The notes: generated by a model not told the origin, from the sequence alone. 64,000 nucleotides of DNA from Dehalococcoidia bacterium (GCA_965211635.1 OZ242948.1:2364241-2428240); one strand, 5' to 3'. Positions 19,009-28,530 are shown, counted from the first letter of the stretch. Numbers and translations are program-made.

Positions 19009-20358
19009 ATGGCCTACCAACCGTTTGACACTGACCTTGACAGCGTAGAGCCGCAAGATCTGGCGATTCTCTCTGACACCCACGAAGGATGGTATGTGGA
19101 GTACAAGTCCCAGTTCATTAAGGAGAAGGACATCGCCAAGAGTCTCTCATCCTTCGCGAATAGGCACGGCGGTTGGCTGTTCTTCGGAGTGCAAGAGGAT
19201 CCAGTCACTCTGACAGCTTCTTCATTTCCCGGGATTTCGCACGACAAACTGCCTTCAGGGTTAGAGGCCCTCCGGAACGCCTCCAAAGACCTGCTCCGTC
19301 CATCGGTGTACTATGAGCATCGAGTCTTCGAAGGGCCCATCGATGCCATTCAGTTGCCAAGAGAGCGCTCCATAGTTGCTGTCTATGTACCCGAGGGTGC
19401 TGACACCCCTTACATCCACAACGACGGACGAATCTACGAGCGTGTTGGTGACTCCTCGCAACCTCGTCACGTCACTGATAGAGCGACGCTTGACCGCCTT
19501 GCGCAACGCCGTCGCGACGCTGAGGAACTGTTGAGAGACTCGCTCGAGAGACGCTTTGCAGTGTCCGAGGCAGAAAAGAACGTATCCTACTTGCATGTGT
19601 ACCTCACATCCGATCCCTACCGGATGAGAAATCACCGCTTCAAGGGCGGCTTTCCGGACTTCACCGAAATCATGAGGCGGCAGGAGTTTCCATTCACTAA
19701 CTGTTACTCTGGTCCCAGCGAGTACATTGCCCGGCAAACGATCAACACTGATACTTATATGAGGCTTCTTAGCTGGCACTTCAGCTGGAACTGCGATTCG
19801 TTTGTCACACTACCATTGCCGTGGATGCATCCACCACCATCCGCAGGGCGAGATTGGGGAGGATATGACGCCAATGGTACGTTTCGACGGCTCTTGGAGG
19901 AGGAGAATCAAGCAATCGTACGGCTGCTGGACCTGAACATTATTGCTGCATACTTCATTGGCGTGGTGCAACGCCACCGATCGTTGGTACATGACTCTGA
20001 GATTGAAGGGCCATTCTATGCCAAGGTCCGAATAGAGAACACCTGGAGAACAACTCCGTTTATCGACTGCGAACCGTACTTTGATCACATCAGGGAGTTC
20101 GGGGTGCCTGTAGTGCAAGAAGAGAACATATGGACCCCGCGAGGTGTGACACTCGATTCTTTCATTCTGCTGGATGCGATAGCGGCTGATGACATTGACG
20201 CGATTCAGGTGCCGGCTGCCCAGCGAGCAGTATCTCTCATGCTTCAGGTGTTCTCGGCACTAGGTGTCCCCGTAGAGGCCGTGCGCCAGTTCTCCAATGA
20301 GCTTCTCGACCTGAATGTGAAACGGCAGGAGTTTCAGCAACAGCAGCAGTTGTTGTAG
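19009..20358 (+). CDS. AlbA_2 (Schlafen-like) domain protein
   Basis: EGWYVEYKS, SLSSFANRHGGWLFFGVQE, YERVGDSS; AT-richer than flanks. Confidence 0.85.
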   Translation: MAYQPFDTDLDSVEPQDLAILSDTHEGWYVEYKSQFIKEKDIAKSLSSFANRHGGWLFFGVQEDPVTLTASSFPGISHDKLPSGLEALRNASKDLLRPSVYYEHRVFEGPIDAIQLPRERSIVAVYVPEGADTPYIHNDGRIYERVGDSSQPRHVTDRATLDRLAQRRRDAEELLRDSLERRFAVSEAEKNVSYLHVYLTSDPYRMRNHRFKGGFPDFTEIMRRQEFPFTNCYSGPSEYIARQTINTDTYMRLLSWHFSWNCDSFVTLPLPWMHPPPSAGRDWGGYDANGTFRRLLEEENQAIVRLLDLNIIAAYFIGVVQRHRSLVHDSEIEGPFYAKVRIENTWRTTPFIDCEPYFDHIREFGVPVVQEENIWTPRGVTLDSFILLDAIAADDIDAIQVPAAQRAVSLMLQVFSALGVPVEAVRQFSNELLDLNVKRQEFQQQQQLL

Positions 20359-20376
20359 GACGGCATTCCTTGTCGC

Positions 20377-20793
20377 CTACACCCGCAGCAGCGGCCGATC
20401 TGGCGACTCCGGCCTCGGACCCAGCGTGCGGTGCAGCGGATCGGGAATCAGGTCCAGCGTCTCCATCACCAGTTGGCCGACCAGCGCCTCGGCGCCCTCA
20501 GACACGACGATACAGTCCGTGGACATCTCTCGATTGCCGATCCGAATCGTCAGCGGGCCGGCGACGGGTAGCTCGCCGCGCCGCCCGTCGGCGTAGCTTG
20601 TGGAGATAGTGCGCCTGGTCGGAATCCCTAGGCGCGTGACCAGGCCCACCGGCAGGGCCAGCATCACGGCGCCGGTATCTACGACAGCGTCGATGGTCTC
20701 TCTCCGAATCGCCTGATCTCTGAGCGCGTCCGCCTCCGAGAGTTGCCGATCGACGGGATTCTCCAGCTCAATGGCGACTACAATTTCGCCCAT
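20377..20793 (-). CDS. Clan AA (retropepsin-like) aspartyl protease
   Basis: AVVDTGA, YADGR, ALVGQLVMETLDL; RBS GGAGG. Confidence 0.85.
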   Translation of the reverse strand: MGEIVVAIELENPVDRQLSEADALRDQAIRRETIDAVVDTGAVMLALPVGLVTRLGIPTRRTISTSYADGRRGELPVAGPLTIRIGNREMSTDCIVVSEGAEALVGQLVMETLDLIPDPLHRTLGPRPESPDRPLLRV

Positions 20794-20916
20794 CAAGTCC
20801 TCCAAACATCGTCTTCCGATACTCAGCCTACATCCTCGACATCCTCCCAGCGGTCTCGAATTCTCCTCCGACGCAGCGTTCCCTATCCTGATCCTTTGAG
20901 CGGAGTGAGGTGCGAT

Positions 20917-22029
20917 ATGCCTGTTGAGTTCCTGGGGATGATTGGCGTCAAGCCGTCGGAGTCGAATGCGGCGATGCACATCATCGGCGGCGGGATTGAC
21001 CACGACTACCTCTGTCGATTCACCAGGGCGCACGAGGACTCCGACTTCGACGGCGTGCTGGTCGGCTACACCTCCGGCTCGGCCGACGGGCTGCATGTCG
21101 CCCAGGCGGCGGCGGCCTGCTCGGAGCGGATCAAGTTCCTGATCGCGCACCGGCCGGGATTCGTCGCGCCGACGTTGGCCGCGCGCAAGTTCGCCACGCT
21201 CGACTTCTTCACCGGTGGGCGCGTGTCGGTCCACATCATCACCGGCGGACACGACGCCGAGCAGCAGCGTGACGGCGACTGGAAGGGTCACGACGAGCGC
21301 TACCGCCGCACCGACGAGTACCTGACCATCCTGCGCCGCACCATGGAGCACGATGCCAACGGGCGCGAGCCGTTCGATTTTGACGGCGAGTTCTACCAGG
21401 TCGTCGGCCAGAACCCCGAGGTCGCGCCGGTCCAGCCCGACGGCATCCCGCTCTACTTCGGCGGCGCGTCCGACATCGCCTTCGAGATCGGCGTCAAGCA
21501 CGCCGACGTCTACATGATGTGGGGCGAACCGCGCGCGTCGATCGCCTCGACCATCGAGCGCGTGCACGAGGGCGCTGCCCGACACGGCCGCGAACCGCGG
21601 CTTTCGGTCTCCTTCCGCCCGATCATCGCGCCGACCGAGGAACAGGCCTGGGAGAAGGCCCGCAGCTACCTCGCCGCCGTGCAGAAGCTGGCCAAGCAGC
21701 CGCTCGACTTCCGCCCGCAGTCGCGCGGCTCGCAGCGCCTGCTCGAGTTCGCCGCGCAGGGTGAAATCCACGACGAACGGCTCTGGATGCCGATCGCCGG
21801 CGCCACCGGCGCGGCCGGCAACAGCACCGCGCTCGTCGGCACCCCCGAGCAGGTCGCCGAAGTCCTGCTCAAGTACATCGACCTCGGCGTCTCGACCATT
21901 CTGATCCGAGGCTTCGAACCGCTGCCCGACGCCATCGACTACGGCCGCGAGCTGATCCCCATGGTCAAAGCCGAAGTCGCCCGCCGCGACGCTGAGGCTG
22001 CCCGCCAGACGGCGGCGGTCGCGGACTAA
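20917..22029 (+). CDS. LLM-class flavin-dependent monooxygenase (SsuD-like)
   Basis: FLIAHRPGFVAPTLAARKFATLD, LYFGGAS, TGAAGNSTALVGTPEQVA. Confidence 0.92.
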   Translation: MPVEFLGMIGVKPSESNAAMHIIGGGIDHDYLCRFTRAHEDSDFDGVLVGYTSGSADGLHVAQAAAACSERIKFLIAHRPGFVAPTLAARKFATLDFFTGGRVSVHIITGGHDAEQQRDGDWKGHDERYRRTDEYLTILRRTMEHDANGREPFDFDGEFYQVVGQNPEVAPVQPDGIPLYFGGASDIAFEIGVKHADVYMMWGEPRASIASTIERVHEGAARHGREPRLSVSFRPIIAPTEEQAWEKARSYLAAVQKLAKQPLDFRPQSRGSQRLLEFAAQGEIHDERLWMPIAGATGAAGNSTALVGTPEQVAEVLLKYIDLGVSTILIRGFEPLPDAIDYGRELIPMVKAEVARRDAEAARQTAAVAD

Positions 22030-22040
22030 CTGTCTTGATC

Positions 22041-23171
22041 ATGAACGACGCCGAGCGCCGCATCCGCGCCTACGAGGAAATGGGCATCCACCGCACGGGC
22101 CGCGAGGCCGACAACACGACGACGTGGTGGATGATGGAAGAGTTGCGCGAGGTCGGCGTCGAGGCCGACTGGCAGACGTGGCGCTTCCCGCGTGTCGAGA
22201 TACACGACGCCTCGATCCGCTTCGGCGGCTGGGACATCCCCGCCGTCCCGACCTACGACTGCGCCTTCACCGACCATCGCGGAGTCTCGGGCGTCCTGCG
22301 CCGGGACAACGGCCCCGGCATCGTGGTCTGGGAGTTCGCCCACGATGATCAGGAGCGCATGGCGCCTGGCATGTACACCGCCTTCGAGCTGGCCCGCCAG
22401 GACGGCGCAGCGGGGATCATCCTCGTCATGGGCGATCCCGACGGCGAGATTGTGCTGCGCAACGCCGAGCGTCCGCTCGACCCGATTGAGCTGCCCGTGC
22501 TCCAGGTCGCGCCGAATGACGCCGGCTCGTTGCTCGACGCCGTCGGTTCAGAGATCACGATGATCGCTGACGGCGGACGGGTCGATGCGCCGGCTTACAA
22601 CGTCGTCGCCGGAATTCCCGGTAGCGACCCCGACGCGGCGCCGGTGGTGCTGATGACGCCCAAATCGGGTTGGTTCACGTGCGCCGCCGAGCGCGGCGGC
22701 GGGATTGCCGTCTGGATCGAAGTGGCCGACCGGATCGCGGCCAATCCCGGGCGCCGCGCGCTCAATCTCGTCGCCTCGAGCGGCCACGAGCTGCATCACC
22801 TGGGTCTCGATCACTACATCCGCGAACTCGGCGACGACGCACACGATGTCCACGCCTGGATGCACCTGGGCGCGTCGATTGGGTCGCGGAACGGTCAGGC
22901 CCGCTTCGCCGCCTCGGACGATGAACTGTTTGAGGCCGCACAGCGTTCGCTTAGCGAACTGGGCATTGAGCGTGAGGCGTTCCTGGTCGGCAACGCCGGA
23001 TTCGGCGAGGCTCGCAACATCGGCGAGATCGGCGGCCGCTTCGTCTCCTTCCTCGGCGGACATCCCTACTTCCACAGCCCGCAGGACACTTACGACCGCT
23101 GTATCGATCCCGAATCGCTGGCCCGTCACACGGACGCAGCCGAAGCGATCGTGCGGTACATGGTCCGGTAG
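22041..23171 (+). CDS. Hypothetical protein, M28 peptidase/PA-domain-like
   Basis: GIHRTG, GAAGIILV, YNVVAGIPG, ERGGG, SGHELHHLG, FHSPQD resemble the M28 layout, but canonical Zn ligands are altered. Confidence 0.6.
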   Translation: MNDAERRIRAYEEMGIHRTGREADNTTTWWMMEELREVGVEADWQTWRFPRVEIHDASIRFGGWDIPAVPTYDCAFTDHRGVSGVLRRDNGPGIVVWEFAHDDQERMAPGMYTAFELARQDGAAGIILVMGDPDGEIVLRNAERPLDPIELPVLQVAPNDAGSLLDAVGSEITMIADGGRVDAPAYNVVAGIPGSDPDAAPVVLMTPKSGWFTCAAERGGGIAVWIEVADRIAANPGRRALNLVASSGHELHHLGLDHYIRELGDDAHDVHAWMHLGASIGSRNGQARFAASDDELFEAAQRSLSELGIEREAFLVGNAGFGEARNIGEIGGRFVSFLGGHPYFHSPQDTYDRCIDPESLARHTDAAEAIVRYMVR

Positions 23172-23202
23172 GTTGGCGGCTCGTGCGGCGTGCGCACGAG
23201 TG

Positions 23203-23949
23203 TCATCGAATGCCTCGACGTTGGAGCTCTGCGACGAGTTGGTCATAGAACCGCTGTGCGTCGGACAGCGCCCGGCGCGCTTCCTCGACGGTCGGGTTCG
23301 GTCCCCAGTCCGGATAGCGGCCGCCCAGCCCTCGGTAGGTAGTGCTCGCGAGATTCATGCCCGCGGTCCATGCTTGCATCTCTTCGGGAAGCAACTCGGC
23401 CAGCTCATGGAGCTTGTGCGTGCGCGGAACCCCGACGTGTTCGAGGAACAGCGCCGCCTTGATCGACTTCTCCAACGATTGCAGCGCGCCCCAGCTCACC
23501 TCCCCGGCAAGCTCTGGCTCCACCTCCAGTTGTGCCGCCGCCATGCTGGCGACTCTCAGGCTGTTCCTCGCGTTCAGTTGCCACTCAAGCGCTGTCGCTG
23601 CGTGGGCGTCTTCCTGTTCGTAGACCAACAGGCCCTCCTCCAGCGCGTTGTTGAGCACGGTCCCGCCGACGCGGCCGCGACGCACGATGTGGTCGGCATT
23701 GGTGAACAGTACATCGGAGCGAATCCCCGTCTTCGCTTCCAGGCGGCTGACCTCCATCCGGCAGGCGCGCCGATCGGTATCGGGTTCCAGCACGACGAGC
23801 AGATCAACATCGCTCCACTCGTCTGCGTCGCCCCGGGCCCGGGACCCGAACAGCCAGATCTGGATCGGATGCACCGCCGCGGCGACTTGTTCAATGAAGT
23901 CTGCGACGACTGCGTCCTGGTCGGCCGGTGGCAGGGTCCGCGTGGCCAT
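23203..23949 (-). CDS. Fused minimal nucleotidyltransferase (MNT)-HEPN protein
   Basis: LFGSRARGDADEWSDVDLLVV (MNT); QSLEKSIKA...PRTHKLHELAELL...RYPD (HEPN). Confidence 0.88.
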   Translation of the reverse strand: MATRTLPPADQDAVVADFIEQVAAAVHPIQIWLFGSRARGDADEWSDVDLLVVLEPDTDRRACRMEVSRLEAKTGIRSDVLFTNADHIVRRGRVGGTVLNNALEEGLLVYEQEDAHAATALEWQLNARNSLRVASMAAAQLEVEPELAGEVSWGALQSLEKSIKAALFLEHVGVPRTHKLHELAELLPEEMQAWTAGMNLASTTYRGLGGRYPDWGPNPTVEEARRALSDAQRFYDQLVAELQRRGIR

Positions 23950-23983
23950 GGTCGCATTGTAAGTAGGAATCGGAGCGTCCGTG

Positions 23984-25189
23984 CTACGCGATCCCACTTC
24001 TGCGCAGCCGCGCCAGCTCCGACGCCTCAATCCCAACCTCCGACAGCACCTCCACCGTGTGCTCTCCGAGCAGCGGCGCGCGACGCCGGATCGCCCAGGG
24101 ACTCTCGCTCAGCTTGTACGGCGCGCCCGGGAGCCTGACCGGCTCCGCGAACTCAGGATGCTCGACCTCCGCCCAGAACTCTCGCGCCTGGAGATGCTCC
24201 GACTCCGCCACTTCGCCGATCGTGTGGACCGGTTGGAACGAGATGTGGTTCTCGCCGAACAGATCCATCAACTCGACCCTGGTCCGTTCCGCCATCCAGG
24301 GATGCCAGAAGGCGTCGAGCTCGTCGGCGTGCTGGAACGCGAGCCAGCGATTCTGTAGGCGTTCGTCGTGTTGCCACTCGGGGTCTCCCAGGAGCTCCAT
24401 GAAGCGATGCCACTGGGCGTCGACCATCGTGATCACTTCGTAGTAGCCGTCTTTCACCGGCGTCACCTGCCAGGGATAGAAGGCGTTCATGTGCGTCCCG
24501 GCGCGGCCCCGCGACTGACCGGTGAAGACAAACGGCGCGACTCCGGCGCCGGCCATCACGTTGCTGATAATGTCCACTATCGACAGCCAGGCGTGCTGTC
24601 CGACGCCGCTCTCGCGCGTCGCCCGACGCGCCAGCAACGCGGCGATCGCGGCGTGAATGCCGCCCTGGTACTGTGGCGCGTCATAGGGCAGACCCAACGG
24701 CGCGCGGTCCGGATCGCCGATGCGATACGAAATCCCACTGGCCAGCGAAGCAATCAGCGACTCCGACTGCCAGCTCTCGCGCTGGGTGCCGATGCCGAAG
24801 ACGGTAATCGTGACCTGGTTCAGTTCCGGCGCGTCTTGGGACAGCTCGTCCCAGTCCAGTCCCAGCCGGCGCTGCTCGGCGATCTGCCGCGACGTGAGCA
24901 CGGTGCCGCAGCGTCGCGCCAGGTCGCGGTAGATTCGCCGACCGGCCGCGCTCTTCAGGTCCAGCGAAACGCTGCGTTTGTTGGTGTCAAGGAACAGATG
25001 CAGACCGCTTCGCTCGCGTCCCGGGAGATCTCTCGGAAATGGCGCCTTGCGCCGCACCTCGTCGCCGCCGGGAGGCTCGACCTTGATCACGTTCGCGCCG
25101 AGATCGGCCAGTAGCTTGCCCGCATACGACGCTGCAATGCCGCCGCCGTCTTCGAGCACCGTGAATCCGTCCAAGGCAGCCTCAGCCAT
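23984..25189 (-). CDS. Family III CoA transferase-like protein (catalytic Asp apparently absent)
   Basis: KLLADLGANVIKVEPPGGD, NKRSVSLDL, APLLGEHT; APQY where the paralog has IADL. Confidence 0.88.
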   Translation of the reverse strand: MAEAALDGFTVLEDGGGIAASYAGKLLADLGANVIKVEPPGGDEVRRKAPFPRDLPGRERSGLHLFLDTNKRSVSLDLKSAAGRRIYRDLARRCGTVLTSRQIAEQRRLGLDWDELSQDAPELNQVTITVFGIGTQRESWQSESLIASLASGISYRIGDPDRAPLGLPYDAPQYQGGIHAAIAALLARRATRESGVGQHAWLSIVDIISNVMAGAGVAPFVFTGQSRGRAGTHMNAFYPWQVTPVKDGYYEVITMVDAQWHRFMELLGDPEWQHDERLQNRWLAFQHADELDAFWHPWMAERTRVELMDLFGENHISFQPVHTIGEVAESEHLQAREFWAEVEHPEFAEPVRLPGAPYKLSESPWAIRRRAPLLGEHTVEVLSEVGIEASELARLRRSGIA

Positions 25190-25232
25190 GCAGGTCAGGC
25201 TACCCTCTCCTTCGAGTGCGGGAGTTCTGGTG

Positions 25233-25288
25233 CCCTCTGCCTCTGGGAGAGGGCTAGAGCCTGCCCCCGCGAAGGCGGGGGGTGAGGG
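25233..25288 (+). repeat. Family B repeat with a nested mini-hairpin
   Basis: CCCTCTGCCTCTGGGAGAGGGCTAG-[AGCCTGCCCCCGCGAAGGCGG]-GGGGTGAGGG; near-identical arrangement at 37869. Confidence 0.8.
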
Positions 25289-25314
25289 CTCCCCGCATTG
25301 GGATGGAGGATCCT

Positions 25315-26136
25315 ATGGACAATCTGAGCGGCAAAGTGGCGCTGATCACCGGCGCCGGATCGGGCATCGGACGCGGCATTGCGCTGGCTTGCGCCGACGA
25401 AGGCATGCACGTGGTCCTCTCCGATGTCCAGGAAGGCACGGCGGCGACCGTCGCAGCGGAGGTTGAGGCGAAGGAAGTTCAGGCGCTCGCCGTCGACCTC
25501 GATGTCGCCGACACCGTCGCCTACGAGTGGCTGGCGGAGCGCGTGTACGACGAGTTCGGCGAGCTCAATCTGCTGGTCAACAACGCCGGCGTGATGACCG
25601 CCGGTCCGGTCAGCGAAGGCACCCAGGCCGACTGGGACTGGACCTTCCGCGTCAACCTGTTCGGCGTGATCAACGGCGTCAACACCTTCCTGCCGCGGAT
25701 GCGCTCGCAGGACGGCGACGCGCACATCGTCAACACCGTTTCGATGGCCGGATTGCGGCTCAACGAGGTGGTTCCTCTGGGCGTCTACAGCAGCAGCAAG
25801 CACGCCGCGCTGGCCTACACCGAATCCCTGCACGATGAACTCGCCGCCGAGGGGATCGGCGTCTCGGCGCTCTGCCCCGGCGGCGTCGACACCCTGATCG
25901 GCATGGCCGAGCGCAACCGCCCGCGGGAGTTCGGCGGGCCCAGCGACGAACCGGCGCGCGGCTTCAGCGCGGGCATGATGTCGCAGCAGATGAACCCGGA
26001 AGACGTCGGCCGCGTCGTGATTCGAGGAGTCAAGGCGAATCGACGCCTGATCTTCTCGCATCCCGAGCTGCGCGACCAGGTCGAGCGCCGCTACCAGCGA
26101 ATCATGGACGACTTCGACTTCTTCACCAACGACTGA
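25315..26136 (+). CDS. Short-chain dehydrogenase/reductase
   Basis: TGAGSGIG, NNAGV, YSSSK; RBS GGAGG. Confidence 0.95.
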   Translation: MDNLSGKVALITGAGSGIGRGIALACADEGMHVVLSDVQEGTAATVAAEVEAKEVQALAVDLDVADTVAYEWLAERVYDEFGELNLLVNNAGVMTAGPVSEGTQADWDWTFRVNLFGVINGVNTFLPRMRSQDGDAHIVNTVSMAGLRLNEVVPLGVYSSSKHAALAYTESLHDELAAEGIGVSALCPGGVDTLIGMAERNRPREFGGPSDEPARGFSAGMMSQQMNPEDVGRVVIRGVKANRRLIFSHPELRDQVERRYQRIMDDFDFFTND

Positions 26137-26145
26137 GCGCACGGA

Positions 26146-26246
26146 GCCCCCCTCTGCCTTCGGCATCTCCCCCCGCGGAGCGGGGGGAGAGGAGAGTGAG
26201 AGGAATACGCGCAACTCTCCTGTGAGAGAGGGTTAGGGTGAGGGCG
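26146..26246 (-). repeat. Composite: family A repeat + MITE-like end + half family B repeat
   Basis: 26146-26192 is the reverse complement of family A; 26203-26220 GAATACGCGCAACTCTCC resembles the MITE terminus; 26221-26245 TGTGAGAGAGGGTTAGGGTGAGGG. Confidence 0.8.
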
Positions 26247-26279
26247 TCCCTATGAGGCGCACGAAGGTGAGCACACTCA

Positions 26280-27230
26280 ATGAGTACCAAACACACCGCA
26301 TCCAGCGACATTCTCCCCGCCCCCGAAGTGGTCGAGGTCTCGGAGGGCATCTTCGCCTACATCCAGCACGACGGTTCGTGGTGTCTGAACAACCCCGCGT
26401 TCGTCGACGCCGGCGGGCAGGTGATCGCCATCGACGCCTGCGCCACCGAGCGCCGCACGCGCGCCTTCCAGGCGGCGATCGCCGAACTCTCGCCCAATCC
26501 GGTGCGGACGCTGGTCAACACGCATAGCCACTTCGATCACACCTACGGCAACTTCCTCTTCTCCGACGAGGCGATGATCGTCGGCCACCGCCGCTGCCGC
26601 GAGGACGTCCTGCGCGACGCCCCTGATCTGCCCCAGCGAGCGCCGCAGATGTTCCCTGGGGTCGAGTGGGGTGAGTTCCAACCGGCGGCGCCGAGCGTCG
26701 TGTTCGATGATGCGATGACGCTCTACGCCGGTGACCTGGAGCTGGAACTGATCTACGTCTCGCCCGCGCATACCAACACCGATGTTGTGATCTGGATTCC
26801 CGACCGGCGGGTCTTGATCGCGGGCGACATCATCTTCAACCAGGGCACGCCCTTCGCTTTGATGGGCTCGGTCGCCGGCTGGCGCTCGACATTGGTTCGC
26901 CTGAAGGAGCTGCCGATCGAATCGGTGATTCCCGGGCACGGTCCGGTCTCGGACGCTTCGGTGCTGGACGACGTCGATGCCTACCTGGCGTTCGTTCAGG
27001 AGTCGGCCAAAGCGGCTTACGACGGCGGAGTCGATCCGCTCGCCGCAGCGCGCGACCTTGATCTCGGCCGCTTCGGCGAATGGACGGACACCGAGCGGAT
27101 CGTGGGCAACCTGCATCGCGCCTACAGCGAACTGCGCGGCGAGGTGCTGGGCGCCGAGATCGACATGCAGACCGCCTTCGGCCAGATGATCGAGTTCAAC
27201 GGCGGCCAACCGCTCAGGTGTCTGGCGTAG
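26280..27230 (+). CDS. MBL-fold metallo-hydrolase (cyclase-like)
   Basis: NTHSHFDHTYGN, AHT, AGD, PGHG. Confidence 0.92.
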   Translation: MSTKHTASSDILPAPEVVEVSEGIFAYIQHDGSWCLNNPAFVDAGGQVIAIDACATERRTRAFQAAIAELSPNPVRTLVNTHSHFDHTYGNFLFSDEAMIVGHRRCREDVLRDAPDLPQRAPQMFPGVEWGEFQPAAPSVVFDDAMTLYAGDLELELIYVSPAHTNTDVVIWIPDRRVLIAGDIIFNQGTPFALMGSVAGWRSTLVRLKELPIESVIPGHGPVSDASVLDDVDAYLAFVQESAKAAYDGGVDPLAAARDLDLGRFGEWTDTERIVGNLHRAYSELRGEVLGAEIDMQTAFGQMIEFNGGQPLRCLA

Positions 27231-27265
27231 AGGCCGTGCACAACGGGGGTGCCGCCCACACAGAT

Positions 27266-27361
27266 CGTCATTGCCGCGCTTGTCGCGGCAATCTGGCTGC
27301 CTCCGGTACAAGCGTCGGTGCTATCAGCGACGAGATACCCGCGCCAAGCGCGGGTATGACG
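27266..27361. repeat. Family C inverted REP-like doublet
   Basis: CGTCATTGCCGCGCTTGTCGCGGCAATCT ... GAGATACCCGCGCCAAGCGCGGGTATGACG; second copy at 34125. Confidence 0.88.
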
Positions 27362-27390
27362 GGATCCTGAAAGACATTGAAGACTGCCGC

Positions 27391-28491
27391 CTAGACCGGG
27401 ATCTTCTCCTCTTCCGCCAGCTCGACCATCCCCGCCCACTTGCGTAGTTCGACGTTCAGCCGATCCTCGCGATCCGCGAGGTGGCACTGGCGCAGATATC
27501 CGAGATAGGTCTCGATCTGCTCACGGCGCAGCTCGGCAACGTCGGCCATCGCTTCCTCGGCGCCCTCGCGGCCGTCGCCCATGATCACGGCGAGCGCGCT
27601 GTACAGTGTGTCGTCGCCGTCCTTGGCCAGGTACCACTCGGCCTTGTTCATGTAACGATGGATCTCCTCGCGCCGCACCGGTTCCTTGAGCATCAGGTAG
27701 CGCATGTGATCGACGAAGTAGGCCAAGTGACGCTCGATGTCCTGCTCGCAGTACCGGTAGATCCTGCGCTCGGCCTCGGTCTGGGCAAGCTGTTCGCCGT
27801 GGCGCAGCAGCGTGAGCAGCATCGAATCATGCATGAGCGAGGCGACAACGAACTCGGAGAACGTGTAGCTCTGGGTCAGCGGCAGGAACTTCCAGTTGCG
27901 TCCGCCGCGGCCCATGCCGCCGCCGTTGGCCAGCGCCCGCTTGCGCCAGACCTCGAACAGCCGCGCCGCGTCGAAGACTACCGTGCCCAGGAACAGCTTG
28001 ACCTCGATGTAGCCGTAGGAAATCTCCTGCAGCCAGCGACCGGTGGTCTGCGCCTTGGTCCAGCCGTACTCCGACATCATCGTCGCAATCTGGCAGACGG
28101 CGCGCTCCAGGTCGGCGCCGATCGGCTCCAGCGAGTCCCAGGGGATGTCGGCGGACGAGTTCCAGCGGTCGGCGATGGCGTCTTCGTAGAGCTCGGCGCA
28201 GAGGTCCGACCAGACTTCGGCCTTATTGAAGATCGAGTAGCCCATCTGCTCGGTGCGGGTGTCGGGGACCGCGCCGCGCGGAATCTCGGTGTTGTTCTCC
28301 CAGACGTCCGGGACTTCGCCGTAAACGTCAACGTTGAGCATCTGGAAGCGCAGACCGCCGTTCTTCGGCGTCGCCTGCTCTTTCGCCTTGACCCCCCAGT
28401 GCACGGGAATGTCCAGCCAGGTCGAGGGCAACCCCGACTGCTCAAGCCGTTCCTTCGCAGCGGCGATCACGTCGTTGTCGGGCATGGTCAA
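27391..28491 (-). CDS. Ferritin-like domain protein with degenerate di-iron ligands
   Basis: Paralog of the next gene (W.S..DIPW, RKRALANGGG); DAARL and DIERH replace DEARH and DESRH. Confidence 0.75.
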   Translation of the reverse strand: MTMPDNDVIAAAKERLEQSGLPSTWLDIPVHWGVKAKEQATPKNGGLRFQMLNVDVYGEVPDVWENNTEIPRGAVPDTRTEQMGYSIFNKAEVWSDLCAELYEDAIADRWNSSADIPWDSLEPIGADLERAVCQIATMMSEYGWTKAQTTGRWLQEISYGYIEVKLFLGTVVFDAARLFEVWRKRALANGGGMGRGGRNWKFLPLTQSYTFSEFVVASLMHDSMLLTLLRHGEQLAQTEAERRIYRYCEQDIERHLAYFVDHMRYLMLKEPVRREEIHRYMNKAEWYLAKDGDDTLYSALAVIMGDGREGAEEAMADVAELRREQIETYLGYLRQCHLADREDRLNVELRKWAGMVELAEEEKIPV

Positions 28492-28530
28492 ACTCGCAAT
28501 CCTCAGAACCAGCGCCTCACTTCGGCTCTC

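Noticed and set aside
7248-20358. A single genomic island or prophage covering the defence genes
   Set aside because: No integrase, tRNA, att repeats or phage genes; accessory genes alternate with host-like metabolic genes.
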